From positions 24,315 to 88,314 of the forward strand of contig JAQTZZ010000012.1 of NCBI GenBank assembly GCA_028687545.1: a stretch of DNA of 64,000 nucleotides, in the 5' to 3' direction. How positions within the stretch are numbered: position 1 is the first letter of the stretch; every line of letters starts with the position of its first letter. This stretch comes from Candidatus Wallbacteria bacterium. Its GTDB lineage: Bacteria; Muiribacteriota; JAQTZZ01. The position numbers and the translations under genes were made by a program. Of the stretch, positions 28,418 to 39,300 are shown in pieces. A model generated the notes under the pieces. It was not told the DNA's origin. It saw only the letters and a list, made by a program, of their open reading frames with translations, and did no database searches.

Positions 28418-28438
28418 TATCGGATGGGTTCATTTTTC

Positions 28439-28645
28439 TTACTCGAACAGCCTGTGCAGAAGTATCTTCTTGATTTCATAGGCATCCCGGCCCGGCAGAT
28501 TGTTGCAGAGTTCCGCCACATATTCTTCGCGGTTATGGTCTCCGTCTTCAGGCAGACTTTTGAGATGATCAAACAGTTTCTGGAGATCGGGTTCGTTGAG
28601 GTTCAGGTAGCGCATCAGGAAATTCTTGTCTTTGTCAGTGATTTT
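28439..28645 (-). CDS. small hypothetical protein (about 69 aa)
   Basis: ORF MKITDKDKNFLMRYLNLNEPDLQKLFDHLKSL..., preceded by GGGGGAG and followed by a terminator. There is no recognisable family. Confidence 0.35.
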   Translation of the reverse strand, partial: KITDKDKNFLMRYLNLNEPDLQKLFDHLKSLPEDGDHNREEYVAELCNNLPGRDAYEIKKILLHRLFE

Positions 28646-28806
28646 CATTGCTCCCCCGTTACTAAGTTCAAACCCCACTCGGCTTCGCCTCTGGGGTTAA
28701 GAAGCTGTAACAAATCCTCGCTTCGCTTAGAAGCTCTTACATGCCTGCCATGTTAGAGTTTCTTGTCCCGCCATAACTTTCCGCGGGGCTCGGATTTTAA
28801 CAGCTT

Positions 28807-30933
28807 CTAAATTATGTTTTTAAGTTTCAATACCTTGCAGTCGTCAATTAATTCATAAGCGCTCTGGTAGCGTTTGTCAACTTCTTTTTCAATTGCCTTC
28901 ATCACGATCCGGTCCAGTTCAGGTGGAAGTTCAGGTACGATTTTGGACGGCGGCGGCGGCAGTGTGTTGAAAATCTTGTACATCACCTGCTCAGGATTGT
29001 TACCCTTGAAAGGCAAAGTTCCAGTCAGGAATTCGTAGAGCGTCACTCCCAGCGCATAGATGTCTGTACCTTCAGTGATTTCGCCTCCTCTCAGCTGCTC
29101 TGGAGGCATATAATATAGAGTGCCGAACACCTCGCCTGTTTCGGTCATTGAGGAAACATCCAGAATCTTGGCCAGGCCGAAATCCATGATTTTGATGATG
29201 CGGTTCTGATGCAGCATGATGTTGTCGGGTTTGATATCCCTGTGGATGATGTTGTTGCTGTGGGCATATGCCAGTGCTTCACCCACCTGGAGCGCAATCC
29301 GCTTGACATACAGCGGCTGGATCCGGCCAAGGCGGTCCAGGATCTTTCTGAAGCTTTCACCCTCGACATATTCCATCACAATGTAGGGCATGTCGCCTTC
29401 CACCACCTCGAAGACCTTGACGATGCCGGGATGGTCGAGCCTTTTGGCAGCCAGACCGTCGCGCTTGATGAAGCGGCGGATGGTCTTCTGATTGTTCCTG
29501 TACTTCTCAGCGATCACCTTGATGGCTACTGTCTGATTGCGTGCGAGGTCAAGAGCCTTGTATACGATTCCCATTCCCCCGATGCCTATCTTCTGGAAAT
29601 TTTTGAACTTCTTATTCAGGCCTTCGGACAGATTCATGTTTTTATATTCCATCTGGATGGCCAGCAAATCGCGCAGTCTGTTGAGCTTCTTCGGGATGTC
29701 GCGGTAGTTGGGGTCGATCTTCATGATCGCTTCATAGATCTCAATCGCTCCATCATACATTTCATTCTCTTCGTATGTTTTCCCGATCTTGTACATTTTC
29801 TCTTTTTTGACTTCAGGGTCCTCGATCTTGTCAAAGGGCTGGTCAGCCATGGTCAGGGATTTTTCGTGGAAGGTGGCGTTCTGGATGGCGAGAGAAGCTA
29901 CGTCCGTAAGAATTCCGATCATGCGCAGGTCGTCTTCAGAAAGTTCAGGTTCAGGTCCGGAATCTCCTTTTTTCAATTCTTTCTTCTTCTCTGCCTGAGG
30001 TTCCTCTGAAACTGCCTTGACGCGTTCAAAGGCCAGAATGCCCCCCACTTTGTCCTTGCCGAAAAACAGAGGTGAGCAGACAGTCATCGGGAACTTGTCG
30101 GCCTTGAGCAGGTCAGCCAGCTGGTAATTCCGGCGGATATCATCTGTGGTGACCATCTTTTTATTCTCAATTACCCATTTCACCATACCCTGATTCTTAT
30201 CGATGAATTTGATCCTGCCTGGCTCATATCCAAAGCAGTCTCCGAGTTCCAGGGCATTGGCATTTTTAGCTTCGAGGAATACTGCAGCCTTGTCAGCCGC
30301 CAACAGAGACTTGCAGGCATTCAATACCTGGGTGATTACTTCCGGAGTGTTTAGTGATTTGACAATGCTGGTAGTGATGTTTTTCAGATTCTCAATCCTG
30401 ACAGTCAGCTTGACTCTGGCGTTCTTGGCGTCGTCGGACAAGACCTTGATCTGCCCGGCAATCTGTTTGTTGACATCCTCCAGTTTCTGCATCTCGCTTT
30501 TGAGGAGTCTTTCGCTGGAGGCCTTGCTGTTGGACGACAAGCGGTTTTCCTCAGCTTCGACAGCCACGCGGTAAGTGATGTATCCGACAGCGAAGAAGAT
30601 GATGTAAATCGTCAGCAGACCAGGTTTTTCCAGCCAGATTTCCTTTTTAGCCAGACACTGGAATGAATTGTACCAGACCGTGTCACCTGTACCGGTTTTA
30701 TCAAAGGAAAAATAAATCGTAATCGCATTCAGCGAAATCAATGCATTGATGATGAGCGCGTTGCTGAAACCTTTTCTATGGAAGTATCTGGAGCACAAAA
30801 CAAGGGGAATGATCAGGAAAAAATACAGCAATGGGGAAACAGCGATGTCCGAGTTGAGGAAAGCCATCAAAAGCAGGAATCCCCCGAATGCGAGGTAAGT
30901 AGAAATACAGGCAGAAAGCTTCTTGCTGTCCAT
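28807..30933 (-). CDS. Hanks-type Ser/Thr protein kinase with an N-terminal multi-TM region, a GAF-like domain and TPR
   Basis: C-terminal kinase subdomains are present. The glycine loop (IGIGGMGIVYKA) has one glycine more than the GxGxxG consensus. The other subdomains are VAIK, HRDIKPDN, DFGLA and GTLYYMPPE. Upstream are four TM helices and a GAF-like segment. Confidence 0.85.
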   Translation of the reverse strand: MDSKKLSACISTYLAFGGFLLLMAFLNSDIAVSPLLYFFLIIPLVLCSRYFHRKGFSNALIINALISLNAITIYFSFDKTGTGDTVWYNSFQCLAKKEIWLEKPGLLTIYIIFFAVGYITYRVAVEAEENRLSSNSKASSERLLKSEMQKLEDVNKQIAGQIKVLSDDAKNARVKLTVRIENLKNITTSIVKSLNTPEVITQVLNACKSLLAADKAAVFLEAKNANALELGDCFGYEPGRIKFIDKNQGMVKWVIENKKMVTTDDIRRNYQLADLLKADKFPMTVCSPLFFGKDKVGGILAFERVKAVSEEPQAEKKKELKKGDSGPEPELSEDDLRMIGILTDVASLAIQNATFHEKSLTMADQPFDKIEDPEVKKEKMYKIGKTYEENEMYDGAIEIYEAIMKIDPNYRDIPKKLNRLRDLLAIQMEYKNMNLSEGLNKKFKNFQKIGIGGMGIVYKALDLARNQTVAIKVIAEKYRNNQKTIRRFIKRDGLAAKRLDHPGIVKVFEVVEGDMPYIVMEYVEGESFRKILDRLGRIQPLYVKRIALQVGEALAYAHSNNIIHRDIKPDNIMLHQNRIIKIMDFGLAKILDVSSMTETGEVFGTLYYMPPEQLRGGEITEGTDIYALGVTLYEFLTGTLPFKGNNPEQVMYKIFNTLPPPPSKIVPELPPELDRIVMKAIEKEVDKRYQSAYELIDDCKVLKLKNII

Positions 30934-31039
30934 TAAAACAAGTTAGCATTTTTCCTGGACGGCGTCAATTTTAAGGTTCTGTGACCTGATGGCTGTGACA
31001 CTTGATATTCTCACAATCAGAAATCCGTGCAAATTTTTC

Positions 31040-31068
31040 TTGATTTATTTTTCGCAGCCGGATATAAT
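31040..31068 (+). promoter_or_regulatory. sigma70-type promoter (TTGATT, 17 nt spacer, TATAAT)
   Basis: Upstream of the 31134 gene, which has a GGAGG RBS. Confidence 0.45.
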
Positions 31069-31133
31069 TTTAATTGAACCGCAGTGTATAAGATGTATTA
31101 GTAGTATTTTGTGTTGCAGTATGGAGGATAAGG

Positions 31134-31940
31134 ATGAACAAGGCTACGGTTCTGCTCTTAGCAGTCATTTTTCTTTTTACCCCGGTTTTTTCAGCAGACA
31201 GCACACTAGACACTAAAGTATTCACTTTTATCGATCATTGTTTCGGCTACACGGAAATGCTGTACCAGCAGAAGCCGCAGGCTGAGATCGAGAAAACCCT
31301 CGATTCCCTCAACGCAGAAGCAGACTCGATCTCCGGCGCAATCATCTCAGACCTGGAAAAAGGGGATTCCTCAACCTACGATCAATTCGTGAGCTTTTAC
31401 AACAGGCCTGACATCCACGAATGCCTTGAAAAGCGCGCACCGCTCAACCTGATCGCTGACCGGATCATCGAATTCAAAAAAGCCGGCCGTGAACAGACAG
31501 GCACTCTGTTCCCTGGCTATGGATATGCCGATTCAGGCTATGTCTATCGAAAGGGTGAAGAGCTTTCCAGAGAAGTGGTCAATACTTTCTGGAAACAGAT
31601 CGAAGAGACTTTCGAAAAGAGTACTCGTTACTACATGATGATGGAAGTTTCCCTGACTGCCAATTTCAAAAGCGGAACTGTAAAAAAAGTAGGTTCACCT
31701 GTGAGCATGAATGTCGGCGGCAACATCAAGGAAGTAGTGGAATGCGAAGTCACAATGAAGGAAACCATCCGCACCACCTGCCGCGTGAAATACGAAAACG
31801 ACAAAGTCTGGTTCAGGCTTTACAGGGCAGCCAAGTACCTCGGCGGCCTCTGGATAGGCGACTGGGAAGAATGCGGCCGGACATATGAAATGAAAGAAGA
31901 GCCGACCGGCCTGCCTGTGCTGGAGAATACGACTACATAG
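31134..31940 (+). CDS. secreted hypothetical protein
   Basis: Signal peptide MNKATVLLLAVIFLFTPVFSA. No recognisable domain. Confidence 0.5.
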   Translation: MNKATVLLLAVIFLFTPVFSADSTLDTKVFTFIDHCFGYTEMLYQQKPQAEIEKTLDSLNAEADSISGAIISDLEKGDSSTYDQFVSFYNRPDIHECLEKRAPLNLIADRIIEFKKAGREQTGTLFPGYGYADSGYVYRKGEELSREVVNTFWKQIEETFEKSTRYYMMMEVSLTANFKSGTVKKVGSPVSMNVGGNIKEVVECEVTMKETIRTTCRVKYENDKVWFRLYRAAKYLGGLWIGDWEECGRTYEMKEEPTGLPVLENTTT

Positions 31941-31997
31941 CCATTCTGGATATTTGTTCGGGTTGAATCAAACACCTTTAAATGCTATCTTCTCCTA

Positions 31998-34268
31998 ATG
32001 AAATTACAGGTACTTCCCAACCTGCAGATCGGCATCACTGACCGCTGCAACCTGACCTGCTACATGTGCAGGCCTTCAGTGCTGCAGGACAGGGAAGCCT
32101 GCGGCGTGCCTCTGGCAGGGGACATGCCCAGGCAGGTCTTTGAAGACATCCTGCAGAATTGCCAAGACCAGGATTTCGACAACCTGATGCTCTGCTGGGT
32201 CGGAGAGCCGCTCCTGCATCCTGATTTCCTGCATTTCATAGAAACCATCAGGAATTTTGACAGGAAGCGTAATTTTTTCAGGGTGCTCACTTTCAACACC
32301 AATGGAGTGCTGTTCGATCAGCAGAAAATAGACAGATTCATGGAAATAATCAGGGACTGGAAGAAGAAAGTTTCTGTAGTCTTCTCTCTGGACGCCATGA
32401 GCCAGGAAACATATCTGAGCATCAAAAAGGCCGATCATTTCAAGGCTGCCTTTGACAATGCGAAATATTTCCTGAAGCGCAAAGCTGAACTGGCCATAGG
32501 GCCCAGGCTGCATGCTGCTTTCCAGTTCCTGGTGCTCCCGGAAAACGAGCAGCAAGTCCCTGATTTCTATTTCCATTTCAGAAGCTATCTGGAAAAGCTG
32601 AAGCAGAACTGGTCGCTTGGATTCGAAATCAATCACTCCAGCGACAATTCCATCATAGTCAGGGAAGCCAGGCTTTCGCCTCAGGAGCAGTCCAGCCGCC
32701 GCTTCAATTCAGCCAGGGATCTGCTGTCCAGATTTCCGGCTGACAGGCAGTTTTACCCCGAATCATACGAGATTCTTCCTGATCATGAAATCGTTGATCT
32801 CCCCTTTTACAAAAAAGTCAGGACTGATCTTTATTTATACAGGAACCGGCCCCCCTGCATTTCGCCATTTCTTTATCCCACAGTGCATGTGGACGGCAGC
32901 CTGACTGTCTGCTGCAGGGACAATGGGCTGACATTGCAGCTGGGGAACCTCAGCAGGGATTCGTTTGCCTCCCTCTGGCACGGGGAAGCTGCGGAACGGC
33001 TCAGAATGGCGCATCTGGAGTCTGATCCATCAGGATATCCGCTCTGCTTTTTCTGCGACAATTTCTCCACTTCATTTTTCAGGGACGAATCAGTGGAATC
33101 CGCCTTTGAGAAAAAATTTTCCTATCAGTCTGATCCTGAAAAACTGACTGACAGTGAATATCACCTGCGCCTGGAGAGGGTGTTTGAACTTGCCCCGACT
33201 CTTGCACTTGCCCTTAGATTGCAGGAGTATTATCTGAGCCTGCATCAGGAAGACAGGGTGGAAGCCCTGTATTCCCACCTTCTTTCCCGAAGTTCGGACC
33301 AGAAAGCAATTTCCATCCTGGCAGGTCTCAGATTTAAATCCGGAAAATATGAGGAGACAGTGACTCTGCTGCAGCAGGCAGGGGAACTGAGTGCAGAAGA
33401 CGTGAAAATCCTGACTGAAAGCCTTACCAGGCTGGGAAGGCTTAAGGAAGCCTGCGGAATCGGAGAATGGTTTCTGGAAAACGGATCTGACTCCAGCCTG
33501 CTCATGACACTTGCCGAAATATACAGGCAGCTTGGAGAAACAGACAAGCTGAAACTGGCCTGGTCTGAACTCAGCATGGACGAGACTCTACCGGCTGAAC
33601 TCAGGGAGAGTTTCAAACTGCGCCTGCAGGAATACCTCTCCCTTCAACATCAGAATCTTGGAAATTACGCAGAAGCCCTGCTTCATCTGAAAAAATTGAA
33701 TAAAAGTGATTTTCAGCTCAGGGCTGCTGATATCCTGGAAGCTGCAGGCAAATTTTACCAGGCATACAGGCATCTGAAAAAAATCCAGGACCCGGAAAAT
33801 TTTGAGAGGCGGGCTTCCCTGCTTCTGAAATCAGGCCGCCTGGAAGAGCTGATCGCGCTTTACGAGGGTTTCGGCCAGGCCGGTGAGTATGGCCAGATCA
33901 GGCCGCTGCTTTCGGCTTTATGGCTGACAGGAAAAATTTTCGTTGCAGCCAGGTTCCTCTCCTCACAGCCGGAATTTACGGACGAAGACTACTGCAGAGA
34001 GGCAGGCGGGATATTCCTGAAAGCAGGGCACTTCGCCAGAGCGAGATCCTGTTACCTGCTCCTGGAAAAAAGCAGGGACCTGGAAAAGAAAAGAGAAGCG
34101 CTCAATTCCCAGGTTTTCCTCTACCGAAGCTATGGCAGGAAATTTTCCGAACTGTGCTCAGGGTTAAGGCTGCTTTACCTGCAGCCTCTGGATTGGAACT
34201 CTATCCGTACAGTTCTGTATTCCTTCAGCTCGATTTTCATGAGAAAAAAACTACGCCATGATTCCTAA
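31998..34268 (+). CDS. radical SAM / SPASM-domain enzyme fused to a C-terminal TPR region
   Basis: CNLTCYMC (a CX3CX2C motif) near the N-terminus, then a Cys-rich SPASM/twitch region (CISPFLYPTVHVDGSLTVCC...CFFCDNF), then roughly 350 aa of TPR-like helices. Confidence 0.8.
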   Translation: MKLQVLPNLQIGITDRCNLTCYMCRPSVLQDREACGVPLAGDMPRQVFEDILQNCQDQDFDNLMLCWVGEPLLHPDFLHFIETIRNFDRKRNFFRVLTFNTNGVLFDQQKIDRFMEIIRDWKKKVSVVFSLDAMSQETYLSIKKADHFKAAFDNAKYFLKRKAELAIGPRLHAAFQFLVLPENEQQVPDFYFHFRSYLEKLKQNWSLGFEINHSSDNSIIVREARLSPQEQSSRRFNSARDLLSRFPADRQFYPESYEILPDHEIVDLPFYKKVRTDLYLYRNRPPCISPFLYPTVHVDGSLTVCCRDNGLTLQLGNLSRDSFASLWHGEAAERLRMAHLESDPSGYPLCFFCDNFSTSFFRDESVESAFEKKFSYQSDPEKLTDSEYHLRLERVFELAPTLALALRLQEYYLSLHQEDRVEALYSHLLSRSSDQKAISILAGLRFKSGKYEETVTLLQQAGELSAEDVKILTESLTRLGRLKEACGIGEWFLENGSDSSLLMTLAEIYRQLGETDKLKLAWSELSMDETLPAELRESFKLRLQEYLSLQHQNLGNYAEALLHLKKLNKSDFQLRAADILEAAGKFYQAYRHLKKIQDPENFERRASLLLKSGRLEELIALYEGFGQAGEYGQIRPLLSALWLTGKIFVAARFLSSQPEFTDEDYCREAGGIFLKAGHFARARSCYLLLEKSRDLEKKREALNSQVFLYRSYGRKFSELCSGLRLLYLQPLDWNSIRTVLYSFSSIFMRKKLRHDS

Positions 34269-35396
34269 GGCGCTCTATATTCATTTTCCTTTCTGTGCCA
34301 GAAAATGCCCTTACTGCGACTTTTTCTCAATTCCCAGGCATACCCTGCCCAGGACATAATCCCCAGGTATCTGGAGGCATTGTCAGAAGAGCTTATCCTG
34401 TTCGAGCATACTGCGGTGAATACGGTTTATCTTGGCGGCGGCACCCCCACTCAGCTTTCTCCTGCTGAGCTCAATTCATTGCTCGCATCTGTCCGCAACC
34501 GCCTGCGCGTGGCCGAAGACGCGGAAGTGACTCTGGAAGCCAATCCAGAACATCTGGTCAAGTTCCAGCCTGAAATACTCAGTTCAACTGGAATCAACAG
34601 GCTGTCCCTGGGTCTGCAGCGCAGGGCTCCGGAGATGCTGAAAACCCTGGGCAGAAATGAAAATTCCTTCCAGCTCTGGACAGACAAGTATCATGACCTG
34701 CGCAGCACGGGAATTTCCCTGAGCCTTGACTTCATTTACGGAATCCCGGGTGACACAGTGGAAAAGTCGGTCAGGGAAATCACTGAAATCATCGGCTCCA
34801 CTCCTCCAGACCATTTTTCCCTCTATCTTCTGGAAATCAAGCCAGGTACAGTTTTCCAGGAGAAAATGAACAGTGGGGAACTTAAATTGCCAATAGACGA
34901 AATTCAGGCGGAAATCTATCATGCTCTTAGAGGTCTGCTGGCCTCGCACGGATATCAGCAGTATGAAATCTCCAATTTCGCGAGCCCTGGTCATGAATCA
35001 CGGCATAATCTGGTCTATTTCAACAACGGAGAATATCTGGGCATCGGCTCCGGCGCTTTTGGCCGCATCGACAACCTGCGCTATAAAAACAGTTCAGACC
35101 TCAGCCGCTATCTGTCGTGCCTGCAGGAAGGCAGAAGAGCAATGGAGTTTTCCGAGACTCTGGATGAGACACTGAATGCCAGGGAAACTCTGATGATGGG
35201 ACTGAGAAAGAACGAAGGTGTGTCCCTGAGAGTGCTTTCCACAATAAAGGACAGTCAAAAAGAGTATGTGCTGGAAAGGATTTCCTATTGGAATAAAATG
35301 GGAGTGATCGTGGAAGACGGGGAAAGGATCAGGCTGAATCCTGATTACTTCTTCACCAGCAACGAAGTGATCGGGGATATAATTGACCTCAATTGA
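34257..35396 (+). CDS. hemW: HemW/HemN-like radical SAM protein with an apparent frameshift after the Fe-S motif
   Basis: Frame A (34257..34343) encodes MIPKALYIHFPFCARKCPYCDFFSIPR, the canonical HemW CX3CX2C motif. The rest of the protein (GGGTP, HemN_C-like tail) reads in the -1 frame from 34305. The junction lies in a CCCAGG x3 repeat. Confidence 0.6.
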
Positions 35397-36189
35397 ATCC
35401 TTTTGGAGCGTATTCCACCCGTAATCCATTGAGAAAATAGCAGAAACCTGGAAGATTGCTGAAACGGCAGGCGCTGCCTAAAAGTTCTTCTTCCTGTGTG
35501 AAGCTGGAACCGCCTCTGAGCACTTTTTTCTTCCCTGGAGTCACATTTATCGGATTAAGGACCGGCCTGTTCGTATTCACGATTCTCTGATAATAACTCT
35601 CATCATACCAGTCCTGGCACCATTCATAAACATTCCCGATCATGTCATACAGTCCCCAGGAATTGGGTTTCTTCAACCCCACCTCATGACTGCGTTGCCC
35701 GCTGTTTCCGGCGTACCACATGTATTCCCCATCCATGAACCTGCCCCAGAAAAAACGGAGATCACTGCCTGCTCGGCAGGCGTATTCCCATTCAGCCTCT
35801 GTAGGCAGCCTGAATCTGATCGGCCCCTTGTCATTCAATTTTCCCAGGAACACCTGGCATTCATCCCAGGATACGGTATCCACGGGCAATTTTGGAGACT
35901 TGATCTTGGAAGGGTTGTCTCCCATCACGGCTTGCCATTGTTCCTGGTTAACTTCGTGTTTTCCGAGATAAAATCCCTTGCCGATTCTCACTCTGACCTG
36001 AGGGTGCTCATCAGGAATGCCCTGAAAATCAGGTGAACCCATCGTGAATTCTCCAGGCGGCACATAGACGAACTCCATTTTCACGCTTCCTCCGATAGTG
36101 ATCGAAATAATTTCTCCTGTGGAAGCGGCAAAAGATACTGTTTCAGCTAAAATCAGTCCCAGAAATAAAAACACGCATTTTCCATTCAT
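35389..36189 (-). CDS. secreted FGE-sulfatase (SUMF1/formylglycine-generating-enzyme fold) domain protein
   Basis: Signal peptide, then FRLPTEAEWEYACRAG, GNVYEWCQDWY and VLRGGS motifs. Confidence 0.8.
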   Translation of the reverse strand: MNGKCVFLFLGLILAETVSFAASTGEIISITIGGSVKMEFVYVPPGEFTMGSPDFQGIPDEHPQVRVRIGKGFYLGKHEVNQEQWQAVMGDNPSKIKSPKLPVDTVSWDECQVFLGKLNDKGPIRFRLPTEAEWEYACRAGSDLRFFWGRFMDGEYMWYAGNSGQRSHEVGLKKPNSWGLYDMIGNVYEWCQDWYDESYYQRIVNTNRPVLNPINVTPGKKKVLRGGSSFTQEEELLGSACRFSNLPGFCYFLNGLRVEYAPKGFN

Positions 36190-36330
36190 CACATCAACAT
36201 TATGACCGAGATTCCGCTGCAGAGCAAATGAAGTGCGCAAAGTGCTTGAATTTTGAACGAATTTTATAATCCCGCAATATCTGATATAATCATATCCAGT
36301 AAAAGCAGGACTAAATACAGGGAGCTGACC

Positions 36331-39300
36331 ATGTGTTTCATATCTAGAATTTCAATCGTTCTTCTGATGATCATGCTTACTTCAGTGATGGCAGGTGTGT
36401 CTGTCTCAGGTTCTGCAGGCGGTCTTGCCGGAGCCAGGGTTAAGCTCTGGAAAACGAGTTCAATCATCAAGGAAGCAACTGCGGATTCCAATGGGAATTT
36501 CACTCTAACCGGCATTTCTTCAGGCATTTATATGCTCATGGCTTACAAAGGCGGATATTATCCTGGATCGTTGCAGCTCATTGTAAATGATCAAGACCAG
36601 AACGGAATAATGATCCCAGTCTCCCCGATTCCGCAAACCAGATTGTCCAATCTTGGTATGAATATCTACGGTACTGCAGAAGTCGACCACGACGGAGACG
36701 GCACGCTGGAAGCTGTGATCCCTGGAGATGTGGTAACTGCCAAAGACCCGCAGGGCATACTTTGCGGGCAATTCACTGTTAATCAAGCCGGACGTTACGG
36801 CACAATGCCGATTGTAGGTGACGACCCTGAAACAGCCACAGACGAAGGATGCAACAATGCTGATAATGTCGCTTTATTCGTAAACGGTGCTCATGTTTCA
36901 GGGACTTTGCCCTTCAGTAATATGGAAATCCTGGAAAAGAACATCTCCGCAGCAGCCGGGATGACCAGGTCGATTCCCTTGAAAACCGGCTGGAACCTGG
37001 TGAGCCTTGGACTGATCCCTGATACTGATTCAATTGAAACACTTTTTTCAGGCATTGACAGAATGAGATATGTGATGGGTTTCTTTCGCAATCCTGCCGA
37101 CAACGGCAGTGAGGGATTCCGTACTTTTATGAATCTGCCCGGATTAAAAGCTTACAGTACTCTGACTGATCTTGATGCTTATCATGGATACTGGGTCTAT
37201 ATGACCGGAGATGATACCCTTGAATTGAGCGGAATAAGGGTGGCAGACAACTCGTCTCGCACCATGAGCCAGGGCTGGAACCTGGTGGGTTACTGGCTGG
37301 ATTCCACGAACGCCCTTCCAACGTATCAAGGCCAGGCAAATACGACCATTGATTCCATCTTTGGAAGCACCGCTGTCAGTGGTGAAGTGAAATATGTGAT
37401 GGGATTCTATCGTTTCCCGCCGGACGGAGGAACAGAAGGGTTCCGGACGTTTATGAACACCAGCGCTCTCAACTTCAGTACATTGAAAGAACTGACCCCT
37501 AAATTGGGATACTGGATGTATATGCTGAATGAAGGCCTGCTGCAATACGGACTTACCGCGTCAGCCCTTGCCGCGCCGAGCTGGATAAATGCCAGCGACG
37601 CTGCCTACACCACTGAAGTCAGGGTAACCTGGAATATTGTTACTGGAGCAGCCTGTTACCAGGTTTTCCGTGCGGACTCGTCCACAGGAACATATCTGGC
37701 TCTCTCACCCCAGCTGACTGAAACCAGATATGACGATCCAACCGTGGGGGCAGGGATTTTATATTTTTACAAGGTAAAAGCCATCAATAATTCCGGTGAA
37801 ACAAGCCTGCTCAGTGATTGCGATTCGGGTTACGCGGCTTTGACAACAGCCAACAATCCCCCCTGGATCGCGAGTGTGGAAGTTACCGGTACTTCAGGCG
37901 GGATCACGATCAGTTACAGTCTTTCTGATCCTGACAACGACACCTGCAGCGTGCGGGTTTTTTATTCCATAGACGACGGTTATTCCTATACAGGTTCAGT
38001 GCATGTGGATGGAACTCTGGAAGGGATCCTGCCCGGATCAGGTAAAACAGTTACCTGGAATTCCAATCAAGACATCGCAGACACCCAGAACAGGGTAAGG
38101 GTGAAAATTATCCCGAACGACGGAAAAAATGAAGGCAGTGCCGGGGAATCAGGAATGTTTACAGTCAACAATGGAAAAGAATTGACTTCCATTGTTCTTA
38201 CACCATCCATGATTTATCTGGACCCTGGACATTCCTATGATTTGACTGGCCTCAAGGTAATTGCAGCATATTCGGATGGAAGCAGCAGAGAAGTCACAGG
38301 TGAAACCTGGATTAAAAGCTCAGGTAGAGGCACAATCGAAAATAATATCTATACATCTCCCTCAGATACCGGCAATGTAATGCTGACAGCAAGTTACATG
38401 GAAGGCGCTGTATCAAAAACCTCTGAACTTAGCGTGACCGTAGGGATAAAACCCAGTTCAGGAGCAGTCAAAACAGTGACGCTGACTGGCGAAGTGACTA
38501 TGGATTTCGTCTGGATCCCTGCAGGCAGCTTCAACATGGGCAGCCCGGTGAGTGAAACACTCAGACATTCCGACGAAGGACCGCAGCATACAGTGAACAT
38601 CACAGGTTTCTGGATGAGCAGATATGAGGTTACCCAAGCTCAATGGCAGGGAATCATGGGGAGCAATCCCAGTAATTTTTCAGGTCCCAGTCGTCCAGTA
38701 GATGGACTTTCCTGGAACGACTGCCAGGGTTTTATTACAGCACTCAACAGCAAGGAAATAGGCAGCTTCAGGCTTCCCACCGAAGCGGAATGGGAATATG
38801 CCTGCAGAGCAGGGACAACAACAGCATATTACTGGGGCGGCAGCATGGACATTGATTACTGCTGGTATTATTACGAAACCAGCGGCTATCAGACGCATGA
38901 TGTAGGCCTGAAACTTCCGAATGCCTGGGGTTTATATGACATGAGCGGAAATGTCTGGGAATGGTGCAATGACTGGTATTCTTCCAGTTATTACAGTACA
39001 TCCCCTGCAGACGACCCTCCAGGCCCGGCAAGCGGTCAATTCGGCTACAGGGTTGTGCGGGGTGGCTCATGGAGCTGCTCAGATTTCATCGAGCGTTCTG
39101 CGAATCGGGATTACGTCAGCTTCGACTACCAGGGTCATGACTTCGGAATGAGGCTGTGCTTAAACTACGATGGAACAGGTGCCGCATTACCTTCTTCCCC
39201 TACTGGTCTTACCGCTAGCGGCAAGACAAACAGCAGCTTTACTCTTGCCTGGAATTCAGTGGGCTGTGCAGCCGGTTACAATGTTTTTAAAGGCGGCACT

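Noticed and set aside
29209-30009. 266-aa plus-strand ORF
   Set aside because: It is antisense to the Ser/Thr kinase catalytic domain and is a codon-complement artefact.
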